Source: Candidatus Saccharimonadota bacterium (GTDB taxonomy: Bacteria; Pseudomonadota; Gammaproteobacteria; Enterobacterales; Enterobacteriaceae). From it: a stretch of 32,000 nt of DNA. Shown here piece by piece: positions 8,637 through 18,817 of this stretch (position 1 is the stretch's first letter; each line of letters starts with the position of its first letter). The notes under the pieces are model-generated. The model had not been told where the DNA came from. It was given only the letters and a program-made list of their open reading frames with translations, and did not search any database. Position numbers and translations under genes: made by a program. The stretch spans positions 90,001 to 122,000 of the forward strand of contig NC_008513.1 in assembly GCF_000090965.1 (NCBI RefSeq). The letters run 5' to 3'.

Positions 8637-11600
8637 TTACATTTCTTGTAAACACAGTATTGGATATTTATTTACATTTTTATAAGCATTAATTGTAGCA
8701 AATGCTCCATTTAATGTAGAATCATAATGTATTTTATATTTTAACGCATTTTTTCGTATTTTATGAGTATCTTGATTGGGATTATTATTTTCTGATGTAT
8801 TAATTATATAAGTATATTTTTTATTTTTTATATTATCAATTATATTTGGTTTTCCTTCATTAATTTTGTTTACTAATGTTGTTTTTATTCCTATAGATTT
8901 TAATTTTAAATATGTACCTAAAGTTGCATCAATATTAAAATATAATTTTTTTAATTGTATAGCAAGATTAATAACAGAATTTTTATCATTTTTTTGCACA
9001 GATAATAACACAGTTCCATATTTTTTAATATTAATAGATATTCCTAACATTGCTTTATAAAATGCTAAAGAAAAATTTTTTCCAATTCCCATAACTTCAC
9101 CAGTAGATTGCATTTCTGGTCCTAAAAAAGGATTAATTTCAGGAAATTTATTAAATGGTAGCACGACTTCTTTTACGAAAAAATGTTTTGGTGTAATAGT
9201 TTTTATATAATTTTGTTCAGATAAGTTTTTTCCATAAATTACTCTCATAGCTACTTTAGCTAATGGTACTTGAATAGCTTTAGAAATGAATGGTATAGTT
9301 CGAGATGCTCTAGGATTTGCTTCTAAAATATATAATTTTTTATTTTTAATAGCAAATTGAATATTTATTAAACCTTGTACATTTAATTTAATTGATAAAA
9401 TTTTTGTTTGTTTTTTAATTTTTTTTAGTAATTGTTGACTAACTGTGTATACCGGTAAAGTGCATGCAGAATCTCCAGAATGAATTCCAGCTGGCTCAAC
9501 ATGTTCCATGATTCCGCCAATAAAGACATTTTTTAAATCACATACAGCATCTACGTCTATTTCTGTTGCATTATCTAAATATTGATCTATAAGTATTGTT
9601 TTTTTTTTTGATTGTATATTAAGATTTAAAAAATATTTAATTAATTCTTTATCATTTTTTATAATCTTCATTTCACGTCCGCCTAATACATAGGATGGAC
9701 GAACAATTATTGGGTATCCTATATAGTTTGATTTTATTAAAGCTTCTTTAATATTAGTTGCTATATCATTTTTTGGTTGTTTAATTTTTAATTTATGAAT
9801 AATTTTTTGAAATTTCTTTCTATTTTCAGCTTGATCAATAAATTTTGGTTGAGTTCCTAAAATTTTAATACCTTCTTTTTTAAAATATTTAGCTAATTTT
9901 AGTGGTGTTTGACCTCCAAATTGAATTACAATTCCTAATGGTTTTTCTATTCGTACAATTTCTAATATTTCTTCTAAAGAAATAGGTTCAAAATATAATC
10001 TATCGGAAATATCGTAATCTGTTGAAACTGTTTCTGGATTACAATTGATCATTATTGTTTCATATTTATCCTTTTTTGATATTTGAGAAGCATGAACACA
10101 ACAATAATCAAATTCAATACCTTGTCCAATTCTATTCGGCCCACTACCTAAAATAATTATTTTTTTTTTGTTTTTTGTAGGAATTGATTCACATTCATCT
10201 TCCCAAGTAGAATACATATATGCTGTTTTTGTAGAAAATTCTGCAGAGCATGTATCAATTCTTTTATATACTGGGTGTAAATTTAATTGATATCTTTTTT
10301 TTCTTATTTTTTCTTCTTTAGTTTTTAATAATTGAGCAATTCTTAAATCTGAAAACCCTTTAGATTTTAATTTTTTAAATTGTATAAAATCTAAATTAGA
10401 TATTTTTTTTTTTTTAATTTTTTCTTCTATAGAAATTAATTCTTGTATATGAAATAAAAACCAATAATCAATATTAGTATATTTTTGAATTTTTTTCATA
10501 GAAAAATGTAATCGAAATGCTTCTCCAATATACCATAATCTGTTAGGTCCAGCTTCTTTAAGCTCATATTTTATTTTTTTTTCTTGAAATATTTTGTTGT
10601 TTTTATTATTTTTTTTTTCTAAAATATCAAATCCTGTAGATCCTATTTCTAAACTTCTTATAGCTTTTTGTAATGATTCTTGAAAAGTTCTTCCGATTGA
10701 CATTACTTCTCCTACTGATTTCATTTGTGTAGTCAATCTATCATTACATCCTGGAAATTTTTTAAAATCAAATCTAGGAATTTTGGTAACTATATAATCA
10801 ATTGAAGGTTCAAATGCCGCAGGAGTATTTTTTCCTGTAATATTATTTGTTAATTCATCTAGTGTATACCCTATTGATAATTTTGTAGAAATTTTTGCAA
10901 TAGGAAAACCTGTAGCTTTAGAGGCTAATGCAGATGAACGTGATACTCTAGGATTCATTTCTATAACTATCATTTTTCCATTTTTAGGATTTATTGCAAA
11001 TTGTACATTTGATCCTCCATTAGTTACACCAATTTCTTTTAAAATATTTATTGCAGCATTACGCATTTTTTGATACTCTTTATCACTTAGAGTTTGTGCG
11101 GGAGCTACAGTAATTGAATCTCCAGTATGTATTCCCATAGGATCTATGTTTTCAATTGTACATACAACAATAAAATTTCCTGATTGGTCTGTAATAACTT
11201 CTAATTCATATTCTTTCCATCCAATTAATGATTCATCAATTAATAATTCTGATATAGGTGAAGATTCTAATCCTAATATACAAATATTTTGAAAATCTTC
11301 TTTATTATATGCGATTCCCCCTCCACTTCCTCCCATAGTAAAAGAAGGTCTAACAATACATGGAAAACCAATAGATTTAATAATTGAATTAGCTTCTTCT
11401 ATATTATGCGCTATACCACATTTTGCTGTTTTTAATTTTATTTTTTTCATAGATTTTTCAAATAAAGATCTATTTTCAGCTTTTTTAATACACTTTATAG
11501 TAGTTCCTATTATTTCAATATTATATTTATCTAAAATACCTTTCTTGTATAATTGTAATGTACAATTTAAAGCTGTTTGCCCTCCCATAGTAGGTAATAT

Positions 11601-11855
11601 AGCATTTGGTTTTTCTTTTTTAATAATTTTTAAAATTATTTTTGTATTAATAGGTTCAATATAAGTAAAATCAGCTATTTCTGGATCCGTCATAATTGTA
11701 GCCGGATTCGAATTTATTAATATTACTTGATAACCTTCTTCTTTTAAAGCTTTACAAGCTTGAGCTCCTGAATAATCAAATTCACATGCTTGTCCAATGA
11801 TTATTGGGCCAGCACCAATTATTAATATTTTTTTTATATCTTCTCTTTTTGGCAT
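8637..11855 (-). CDS. carB: carbamoyl-phosphate synthase large subunit
   Basis: 1072 aa, collinear with E. coli CarB from [37 protein letters not shown] through both ATP-grasp halves. AAGGA lies upstream of the ATG. Confidence 0.97.
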   Translation of the reverse strand: MPKREDIKKILIIGAGPIIIGQACEFDYSGAQACKALKEEGYQVILINSNPATIMTDPEIADFTYIEPINTKIILKIIKKEKPNAILPTMGGQTALNCTLQLYKKGILDKYNIEIIGTTIKCIKKAENRSLFEKSMKKIKLKTAKCGIAHNIEEANSIIKSIGFPCIVRPSFTMGGSGGGIAYNKEDFQNICILGLESSPISELLIDESLIGWKEYELEVITDQSGNFIVVCTIENIDPMGIHTGDSITVAPAQTLSDKEYQKMRNAAINILKEIGVTNGGSNVQFAINPKNGKMIVIEMNPRVSRSSALASKATGFPIAKISTKLSIGYTLDELTNNITGKNTPAAFEPSIDYIVTKIPRFDFKKFPGCNDRLTTQMKSVGEVMSIGRTFQESLQKAIRSLEIGSTGFDILEKKNNKNNKIFQEKKIKYELKEAGPNRLWYIGEAFRLHFSMKKIQKYTNIDYWFLFHIQELISIEEKIKKKKISNLDFIQFKKLKSKGFSDLRIAQLLKTKEEKIRKKRYQLNLHPVYKRIDTCSAEFSTKTAYMYSTWEDECESIPTKNKKKIIILGSGPNRIGQGIEFDYCCVHASQISKKDKYETIMINCNPETVSTDYDISDRLYFEPISLEEILEIVRIEKPLGIVIQFGGQTPLKLAKYFKKEGIKILGTQPKFIDQAENRKKFQKIIHKLKIKQPKNDIATNIKEALIKSNYIGYPIIVRPSYVLGGREMKIIKNDKELIKYFLNLNIQSKKKTILIDQYLDNATEIDVDAVCDLKNVFIGGIMEHVEPAGIHSGDSACTLPVYTVSQQLLKKIKKQTKILSIKLNVQGLINIQFAIKNKKLYILEANPRASRTIPFISKAIQVPLAKVAMRVIYGKNLSEQNYIKTITPKHFFVKEVVLPFNKFPEINPFLGPEMQSTGEVMGIGKNFSLAFYKAMLGISINIKKYGTVLLSVQKNDKNSVINLAIQLKKLYFNIDATLGTYLKLKSIGIKTTLVNKINEGKPNIIDNIKNKKYTYIINTSENNNPNQDTHKIRKNALKYKIHYDSTLNGAFATINAYKNVNKYPILCLQEM

Positions 11856-12964
11856 TTTTTTTCCTTATATTTCATATTTTTAATAAATTTATTAAATAAT
11901 TTTTTAATATCATGAGTTCCAGGATTTGATTCTGGATGTCCTTGGAAACTAAAAGATAAGTGATTTTTTAATGAAATTCCTTGAATAGTTTTATCAAATA
12001 AAGATATATGTGTTACTGACATATTTTTTTTTATAGTTTTAGGATCTATAGTAAAATTATGATTTTGAGAAGTAATAAATACACGTTTTGTTAATATATT
12101 TTGTACTGGATGATTAGACCCGTGATGTCCAAATTTCATTTTTATTATTTTAGATCCTAATGATAAAGCTAAAATTTGATGTCCTAAACAAATTCCAAAT
12201 ATAGGAATAGAAAAATTTAATAATTTTTTAACGTTTTTAATAGCTACAATGTATGATCGGGGATCGCCTGGTCCGTTGGATAATAGAATTCCAGAAGGAT
12301 TTAATGATATAATTTTTTTTATATTAATGTTATATGATACTAGAGTAATTTTACATCCCATTTTATCTAATATTTTTAATATACTTTTTTTTACACCAAA
12401 GTTATATACAACAACATGAAAAGTTTTTTTTTTTGAAAAATAATTTTTATTATTCCATATTTTTATTTTTTTTGTTGTTAGATATTTTATTTTTTTTTCT
12501 TTGCTTTTTTTTTTATATTTTTTGATTTTTTTAAAAGCATATCTAATATTAATATATTTTCCAGATTGAATACATCCATACTGTGATCCATTATTTCGGA
12601 TGATATGTGTTAATTTTCTAGTATCAATATCAGATATAGCAATAATTTTATTTTTTTTAATATATTGAAGTATATTCTTTGTACTGCGAAAATTACTATC
12701 TATTTTTGATATAGATCTCATAATAATTCCATTAGCATGAATTTTTTTGGATTCCTCGTCTTGTGTATTAGTACCAACATTTCCTATATGTGGATATGTA
12801 AATACGATAATTTGTCCTAAATATGATGGATCAGTTAATATTTCTTGATATCCGGTTATAGCTGTATTAAATACAATTTCTCCAACTATTTCTCCTTCAA
12901 TTCCAACATTAATACCTGAGAAAATAGTACCATTTTCTAAAATTAAATTCGCTAATTTTGTCAA
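11834..12964 (-). CDS. carA: carbamoyl-phosphate synthase small (glutaminase) subunit
   Basis: 376 aa. [25 protein letters not shown] (active-site Cys) and FQGHPE are present. TTG start with AGGA 7 nt upstream. The 3' end overlaps carB by 22 nt. Confidence 0.94.
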   Translation of the reverse strand: MTKLANLILENGTIFSGINVGIEGEIVGEIVFNTAITGYQEILTDPSYLGQIIVFTYPHIGNVGTNTQDEESKKIHANGIIMRSISKIDSNFRSTKNILQYIKKNKIIAISDIDTRKLTHIIRNNGSQYGCIQSGKYINIRYAFKKIKKYKKKSKEKKIKYLTTKKIKIWNNKNYFSKKKTFHVVVYNFGVKKSILKILDKMGCKITLVSYNINIKKIISLNPSGILLSNGPGDPRSYIVAIKNVKKLLNFSIPIFGICLGHQILALSLGSKIIKMKFGHHGSNHPVQNILTKRVFITSQNHNFTIDPKTIKKNMSVTHISLFDKTIQGISLKNHLSFSFQGHPESNPGTHDIKKLFNKFIKNMKYKEKKCQKEKI

Positions 12965-13046
12965 AATTTTTTCCTAATTTATTTTATAAAAAATTATTAA
13001 TATTAAGAATGTATATTATTTTATAATATAGAATATGTATTCTTTT

Positions 13047-13868
13047 TTATATTTTAATTTTTTTTAGCATATCTGACATATTATATAAACCATTTTTTTT
13101 TCTTGATATCCAAATTGCTGCTTTTAAAGCTCCTTTAGCAAATACAGAACGATGTATAGCTTTATGAAATATTGAAATTTTTTCATATTTATTAGAGAAA
13201 AGAACTGTGTGTTCGCCTATAGTATTACCTTCTCGAATAGTTGAAAATCCAATTCTTTTTTTTTTTCTTATTCCAATATTTCCATACCTTGAAAAAATAG
13301 CTGATTTTTTAAAATTCCATTTCATGGATTTAGAAATTATTTTTCCTAATTGTAAAGCTGTTCCTGAAGGAGCATCTATTTTATTTCTATGATGAGATTC
13401 AATAATTTCAATATCCGAATTTTTTCCTAAAATTTTTGAAATATTTTTTAGTATTTTATAGATAATATTAATTCCTATGCTGAAATTAGGTGAATATATA
13501 ATTGGTATTTTTTTAGAAGCATTATTTATTATTTTAATTTGTTCGGTATTAAAACCTGTAGTTCCTAATACTATTTTTTTATTGTTTTTTAAACAATATT
13601 TTATTATTTTTATAGAATATTTAGGTGAACTAAAATCAATTATAGTATCAAATTTTAATATTTTTTTTTTTTTTTTAAGATTATTTAGTGTTATAAATTT
13701 TTTTTTTTCTTTAACTTTATAAAATTGATTATGATTTTTAATATCTATATTATTATTAATTAATGCATATACTAATTTAATTAATTTATTTTTTTTTGTT
13801 TCTTTTATTAGTATTTTTCCCATTCTGCCTAAAGCACCTGATATTATAATTTTAGTTTTATTTTTCAT
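13047..13868 (-). CDS. dapB: 4-hydroxy-tetrahydrodipicolinate reductase
   Basis: 273 aa. GALGRMGK, GTTGF, SPNFSIG and ESHHRNKIDAPSGTA match DapB. Confidence 0.93.
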   Translation of the reverse strand: MKNKTKIIISGALGRMGKILIKETKKNKLIKLVYALINNNIDIKNHNQFYKVKEKKKFITLNNLKKKKKILKFDTIIDFSSPKYSIKIIKYCLKNNKKIVLGTTGFNTEQIKIINNASKKIPIIYSPNFSIGINIIYKILKNISKILGKNSDIEIIESHHRNKIDAPSGTALQLGKIISKSMKWNFKKSAIFSRYGNIGIRKKKRIGFSTIREGNTIGEHTVLFSNKYEKISIFHKAIHRSVFAKGALKAAIWISRKKNGLYNMSDMLKKIKI

Positions 13869-14018
13869 AGAATATATTTTCTCAAATAATTTTAATATTG
13901 TTTATATACAAATTTTTAAAGAATATAATATTTTAAGTTATTATAAATATAATACAAATTATATTATATTTATAAAAAAAAAATTATATATATAAATATG
14001 CATTAATGTTATTTATTT

Positions 14019-16844
14019 TTATAAAAAAATATGTTTTTTATTAGTTTGATTAATGTTTTTAATACATTTATTACAAATTGAATTTTTATTTTTTAAAAAA
14101 TTATTTTTTTTTGTATAATTCCAACATCTTGGACATTTTATTTTTTTGCTTTTTTTTATTAGAATTTTAAATTTTTTTATTTTTTTACTTTTAATCGCTA
14201 ATGAAGGAGCTGAAGAATATTTATGTAATTGAGTTTCAGAAACTAAAAAGATAAATTTTAATTCATTATTAAACAATAATAGAAAATTAAATAATTTTTT
14301 ATTTATATATAATAACAATATTATTTCTAATGAATTTTTAATAAATTTATTTTTTTTTTCTGTTTCAATAAACAGATTTATTTCTTTTCTTATAGCAAAG
14401 ATTTTTTTCCAAAAAAATAAATTATATGTAGATTTTTTTTTTATTAATTGTTTATTTTTATACCATTGAGTCATGAAAATTGATTTTTCTTTTTTTTCTT
14501 GTAATTGACTCCATATTTCTTCTGCTGTAAAAGAGAGTATTGGTGCTATCCATCTTACTAAAAATTGTAATATATAAAAAATAGCTGTTTGACTACTACG
14601 TCTTTCTATACTATTTTTATGCATAGTGTATTGACGATCTTTAATTAATTCTAAATAACAAGATCCTAATTCTATAGAACAAAAATTAATAATTTTTTTT
14701 ATTACTTTATGAAATTGATATTGAGAATATTTTTTAATAATTTTTCTTTGATAATTATATGTTTTTTCTATTATCCATTGATCTAAAAATAACATTTTTT
14801 CATATTTAATAATATGAATATTAGCTTTAAAATCAAAAATATTAGAAAATAAGAATCGTATTGTATTTCTTATTCTTCTATAGTTATCTGAGATTTGTTC
14901 TAATATTTCATTTGAAATTGATATATCATTTGTATAATTAGTATAAGCTACCCATAATCTTAAAATATCAGCTCCTTTTTTTTGAATAATTTTTTTTGGT
15001 GAAATATTATTATTTAATGATTTTGACATTTTTTGTCCATTTTTATCCAGAACAAATCCATGAGTAATTACTGATAAATATGGAGGAATAGTTTTTGTAA
15101 TCATAGATATTATTAGTGATGACATAAACCATCCTCTATGTTGATCTGATCCTTCTAAATATAAATCAGCAACATAATTTTTTTTATTTTTTATATTATG
15201 TTTATATATTTTAAGTTGATGATTTGCTCCAGATTCAAACCATACATCAAGTACATCATTAACTTTTCGATAGGTTTCTGAATCTTTTTTTATCCATGTA
15301 TTAACATTAGATTCCCACCATATTTTATATCCATGATTTCTTATTTTTTTAACTATTTTTTTCATTATCATAACTGTATTTGGATGTAATTCTCCTGTAT
15401 TTTTATGAATAAAGAATGGTAATGGAATCCCCCAAATTCTTTGTCTAGAAATACACCAATCTGGTCTAATTTTTAGCATTTTTTTCATTTTATTTTTTCC
15501 CCAACTAGGAATCCATAAAATTTTTTTTATTTTATTAAAAGTATCTTCTTTAAAATTTTTCTTTGAAAGATTAATAAACCATTGTGGTGTAGCTCTGAAT
15601 ATAATAGGTTTTTTATGACGCCAGCAATGTGGGTAATTATGATTAATAGTTTGAAAAAAAAATAGTTTTTTGTTTTTTTTTAAAATATATATTATTTTAT
15701 TTTCTTTATTAAAAATATGTATATTATTTAATTGAGAATATTTTTTAATTTTATAAAAACCATGTGAATCAACAATTTGTTTAGGTATTATTTTATATTT
15801 TTTACATGCAATAAAATCTTCATATCCATGATCAGGAGACATATGTACAGCTCCTGTACCTAATTGATTTGAAACATGTTTTGATAAAATAATAGGAATT
15901 TGAGTATTTAAAAATGGATGAAAACACTTAATGTGTTCTATTTCTTTTCCTTTAAAAGATAAAATTATTTTCCATTTTTTTATATTGTTTTTTTTAAAAA
16001 TTTTTTTTGTTAATTCTTCTATACAAATATAATATTTTTTATTTATTTTTATAATCTGATAATATAATTTTGGATTGATAGCAATAGCTTGACAGGTCGG
16101 AATAGTCCAGGGTGTGGTTGTAAATATTAATATTGAAATGTTATTAAAAATTTTTTTATTATAATTTTTAAAAAAATTATTTTTTAATATAGAATTTTCA
16201 ATTAATTTATATTCTATATATATAGAAATTGATTTTTTAAATTTATATTCTATTTCAGCTTCAGCAAGAGCAGATTGACAATCAAAACACCAATAAACAG
16301 GTTTAAGATCACGGTATATTAATCCTTTTTCAACAATTTTAGTTAATACTTTAATTGTATTGGATTGATTAATATAATCAGTACTTAAATTAATATTATC
16401 CCAATTTGCAATAATTCCTAATCGTATAAAATCATTTTTTTGTTTTTCTACTTGTTTTAAAACATATTTAAAACATATTTTTCGAAATTCTTTTTTATTA
16501 ATTTTTTTTTTAGAAAGTTTTTTTTCTATAATATGTTCAATAGGTAATCCATGGCAATCCCAACATGGAATATATGGAGAAAAAAATCCAGACATACGTT
16601 TAAATTTTAAAATTATATCTTTTAAAATTTTATTTACTGCATGACCAATGTGAATATTTCCATTTGCATACGGAGGACCATCTTGTAAAAAAAATTGTTT
16701 ATTTTTTTTTTTGTTTTTATGTAATTTATTATATAAATTTATTTTTTTCCATGTTTCTAATATCTCGTTTTCTTTATATGCTAAATTAGCTTTCATAGGA
16801 AATTTTGTTTTTGGTAAATTTAAAGATTTTTTTATGTTTATCAT
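14019..16844 (-). CDS. ileS: isoleucine--tRNA ligase
   Basis: 941 aa. HIGH (PPYANGNIHIGHAVNK), KMSKS (GQKMSKSLNN) and the C-terminal Cys cluster (CPRCWNY...CNKC) are present. Collinear with E. coli IleRS. Confidence 0.96.
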   Translation of the reverse strand: MINIKKSLNLPKTKFPMKANLAYKENEILETWKKINLYNKLHKNKKKNKQFFLQDGPPYANGNIHIGHAVNKILKDIILKFKRMSGFFSPYIPCWDCHGLPIEHIIEKKLSKKKINKKEFRKICFKYVLKQVEKQKNDFIRLGIIANWDNINLSTDYINQSNTIKVLTKIVEKGLIYRDLKPVYWCFDCQSALAEAEIEYKFKKSISIYIEYKLIENSILKNNFFKNYNKKIFNNISILIFTTTPWTIPTCQAIAINPKLYYQIIKINKKYYICIEELTKKIFKKNNIKKWKIILSFKGKEIEHIKCFHPFLNTQIPIILSKHVSNQLGTGAVHMSPDHGYEDFIACKKYKIIPKQIVDSHGFYKIKKYSQLNNIHIFNKENKIIYILKKNKKLFFFQTINHNYPHCWRHKKPIIFRATPQWFINLSKKNFKEDTFNKIKKILWIPSWGKNKMKKMLKIRPDWCISRQRIWGIPLPFFIHKNTGELHPNTVMIMKKIVKKIRNHGYKIWWESNVNTWIKKDSETYRKVNDVLDVWFESGANHQLKIYKHNIKNKKNYVADLYLEGSDQHRGWFMSSLIISMITKTIPPYLSVITHGFVLDKNGQKMSKSLNNNISPKKIIQKKGADILRLWVAYTNYTNDISISNEILEQISDNYRRIRNTIRFLFSNIFDFKANIHIIKYEKMLFLDQWIIEKTYNYQRKIIKKYSQYQFHKVIKKIINFCSIELGSCYLELIKDRQYTMHKNSIERRSSQTAIFYILQFLVRWIAPILSFTAEEIWSQLQEKKEKSIFMTQWYKNKQLIKKKSTYNLFFWKKIFAIRKEINLFIETEKKNKFIKNSLEIILLLYINKKLFNFLLLFNNELKFIFLVSETQLHKYSSAPSLAIKSKKIKKFKILIKKSKKIKCPRCWNYTKKNNFLKNKNSICNKCIKNINQTNKKHIFL

Positions 16845-17180
16845 TCGATTAACTCTATATTAAAGTAGAAATTTTATTTATAAAAATATTGATAGTAATA
16901 TTTATATTATAAAAATAATTATTTATTTATATAAAAATTTTTTTTTATATTTAATAAAAAATTATTTTTTAAATTTTTTTTTTTATATTTTTATATACTT
17001 TATCATTATATAATATTAATATTATTAGCATTTTAGATATTGAATAATTAGTATATCTATTTTAGATTAAAAGTTTATTTTTTTAAAAAAATATATTTAT
17101 ACTAATAAATATGTAATGTAATTTTTATACAAGTATTTAATAGTTCATTAAATTAATTTAATTTGGAGGTTATAATTATT

Positions 17181-17441
17181 TTGGCTAATATTAAATCATC
17201 TAAAAAACATATAAGTATTTCTGAAAAACGTAGAAAATATAATTGTAGTAAACGTTCAATGATAAAAACATTTATGAAAAAAGTACTTTTTTTTATTAAA
17301 GAAAAAAATAGAATAAAAGCTATTAAGTTTTTTTATATATTTCAATCATTAGTAGATAGATATTCCTTAAAAAAAATTATACATATTAATAAAGCATCAA
17401 GATATAAATCAGTATTAATGAATAATATTAAAAAAATTTAA
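17181..17441 (+). CDS. rpsT: 30S ribosomal protein S20
   Basis: (M)ANIKSSKKHISISEKRRKYNCSKRSMIKTF aligns from residue 1 with E. coli S20 (MANIKSAKKRA..). The TTG at 17181 has GGAGG at 17165-17169; E. coli rpsT also initiates at UUG. The ORF-track start at 17163 actually overlaps that SD. Confidence 0.88.
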   Translation: MANIKSSKKHISISEKRRKYNCSKRSMIKTFMKKVLFFIKEKNRIKAIKFFYIFQSLVDRYSLKKIIHINKASRYKSVLMNNIKKI

Positions 17442-17468
17442 TATCATATTTTTTATACTTTTTTACTA

Positions 17469-17500
17469 GTATTGCTTCTATTATTTATAGATAGCAATAC
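17469..17500. terminator. bidirectional stem-loop terminator between convergent rpsT and dnaJ
   Basis: GTATTGCT-TCTA / loop ttattta / TAGA-(t)-AGCAATAC gives an 8+4 bp stem with one bulge. It is flanked by T-rich sequence on both strands (tttttatactttttt upstream, ctatttcta downstream). It lies 28 nt after the rpsT stop and 18 nt after the dnaJ stop. Confidence 0.55.
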
Positions 17501-17517
17501 CCTATTTCTATTAGATT

Positions 17518-18684
17518 TTATTTAGTAAAATTATTAAAAAATTTTTTTACACTATTAAAAAATCTTTTAGATTTAGGGCTATTATTTTCTCCTTTATAAT
17601 TTTTAAAACTTTCTCCTAATTGATATAATATTTTTTTTTGAAATGAATTTAAATTTACAGGGGTTTCTACTATAATTTTACAGAATAAATCTCCTTGAAA
17701 TCCTTTTCTAACTGATTTCACACCTTTACCTCGTATACGGAATATTTTACCTGATTGTGTTTCAGAAGGTATTTTTAAGTTTATTTTTCCTTCTAATGTC
17801 GGAACAGTTATTTCGCCCCTAAAGCTGCTATACAAAATTATAGATCCCCCTGCTATTACAAAATTTATAGGAATTTTACAATGCAAATTATTTTCATCTC
17901 GTTTAAAAATTGGGTGTTTTTTTACTTTTATTTGTATATATAAATCTCCAGATTTAGCTCCATATTTTCCTGCTTCACCTTCATTATTTAAACGAATTTG
18001 GTCATTTGTATCAATACCAGCAGGTATTGTAATAGATAATTTTTTAGATTTTTTGATTCTTCCTTGTCCAAAACAAATTTTACATGGGTTTTTTATCATT
18101 GTCCCAGTACCTCTACATGTAGAACATGTTTGTTGCACACTAAAAAATCCTTTTCTCATATGTATTTGCCCGTGTCCATTACAACTCGTACATGTACTAG
18201 GTTTAGATCCATATGCAGAACCATAACCATAACAAGATTGACATTTATCTAATTTTGGAATTCTAATTTCTTTCTTAATTCCTTTTACAGCTTCTTCTAA
18301 TGTTAGAATAATATTATATTGTAAATCAGATCCTTTTTCTTTTCTGTTTTTTTTATTACTACCAAAAATATCACCAAAAACATCACCAAATATATCATTA
18401 AAATCAGATGTAGAAGTAGTAAAACTGCTATGAAATTCATTATTAGAGTTATTGTTTTGTTCGAATGCTGAATGTCCATATTGATCATATAAATTTCTTT
18501 TTTTAGTATCACTTAAAATTTCATATGCTTGTTTAATTTTTTTAAATTTTTCTTCTGCTGTTTTATTACCTTGATTTCGATCAGGATGATATTTAATAGC
18601 AAGTTTTTTATAAGCTCTTTTAATATCAAGTTGACTTGCAGTATTGGAAATGTTTAAAGTTGTATAATAATCTTGTTTTGTCAT
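17518..18684 (-). CDS. dnaJ: chaperone DnaJ (Hsp40)
   Basis: 388 aa. J-domain with HPD (KYHPDRN), four CxxCxGxG zinc-finger repeats, and the C-terminal ..[15 protein letters not shown]. Carries an 8-aa insertion (see findings). Confidence 0.96.
   Translation of the reverse strand: MTKQDYYTTLNISNTASQLDIKRAYKKLAIKYHPDRNQGNKTAEEKFKKIKQAYEILSDTKKRNLYDQYGHSAFEQNNNSNNEFHSSFTTSTSDFNDIFGDVFGDIFGSNKKNRKEKGSDLQYNIILTLEEAVKGIKKEIRIPKLDKCQSCYGYGSAYGSKPSTCTSCNGHGQIHMRKGFFSVQQTCSTCRGTGTMIKNPCKICFGQGRIKKSKKLSITIPAGIDTNDQIRLNNEGEAGKYGAKSGDLYIQIKVKKHPIFKRDENNLHCKIPINFVIAGGSIILYSSFRGEITVPTLEGKINLKIPSETQSGKIFRIRGKGVKSVRKGFQGDLFCKIIVETPVNLNSFQKKILYQLGESFKNYKGENNSPKSKRFFNSVKKFFNNFTK
17814..17870 (-). repeat. decayed tandem duplication inside dnaJ
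   Basis: The minus strand reads CTATAAATTTTGTAATAGCAG-----GGGG followed by CTATAA-TTTTGTA-TAGCAGCTTTAGGGG. There are 23 matching positions, including all G/C positions of the blocks, with two 1-nt gaps and one 5-nt gap. Confidence 0.65.
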
Positions 18685-18700
18685 GATATTTTTTATTTTC

Positions 18701-18742
18701 CATATTATGCGTATAATATGGGTGTAGATAATTTCTACACCC
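18701..18742 (-). promoter_or_regulatory. tandem hairpins in the dnaK-dnaJ intercistronic spacer
   Basis: GGGTGTAGA (18720-18728) / loop taatt / TCTACACCC (18734-18742) is a perfect 9-bp, GC-rich stem. Adjacent to it is catattat-gcgt-ataatatg (18701-18720), an 8-bp AT stem. No U-tract follows on the minus strand, so it is not a classical terminator. Confidence 0.45.
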
Positions 18743-18817
18743 TATGTATTACATAAAAGATTAAGTAAGAATAATTTTATTATATATATAATAAATATTT
18801 TTAATATAAAAATTATT

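Noticed and set aside
13942-13974. AT-only inverted repeats: tataaatataat/attatatttata in the ileS-dapB spacer, the 18-bp palindrome ataaataaatttatttat at 21558-21575, and aatcatta/taatgatt at 7351-7374.
   Set aside because: These arms are made almost entirely of A/T; only the 7351-7374 pair has a single C/G per arm. They are expected by chance at this composition, unlike the repeats reported as findings, whose arms carry several C/G positions.
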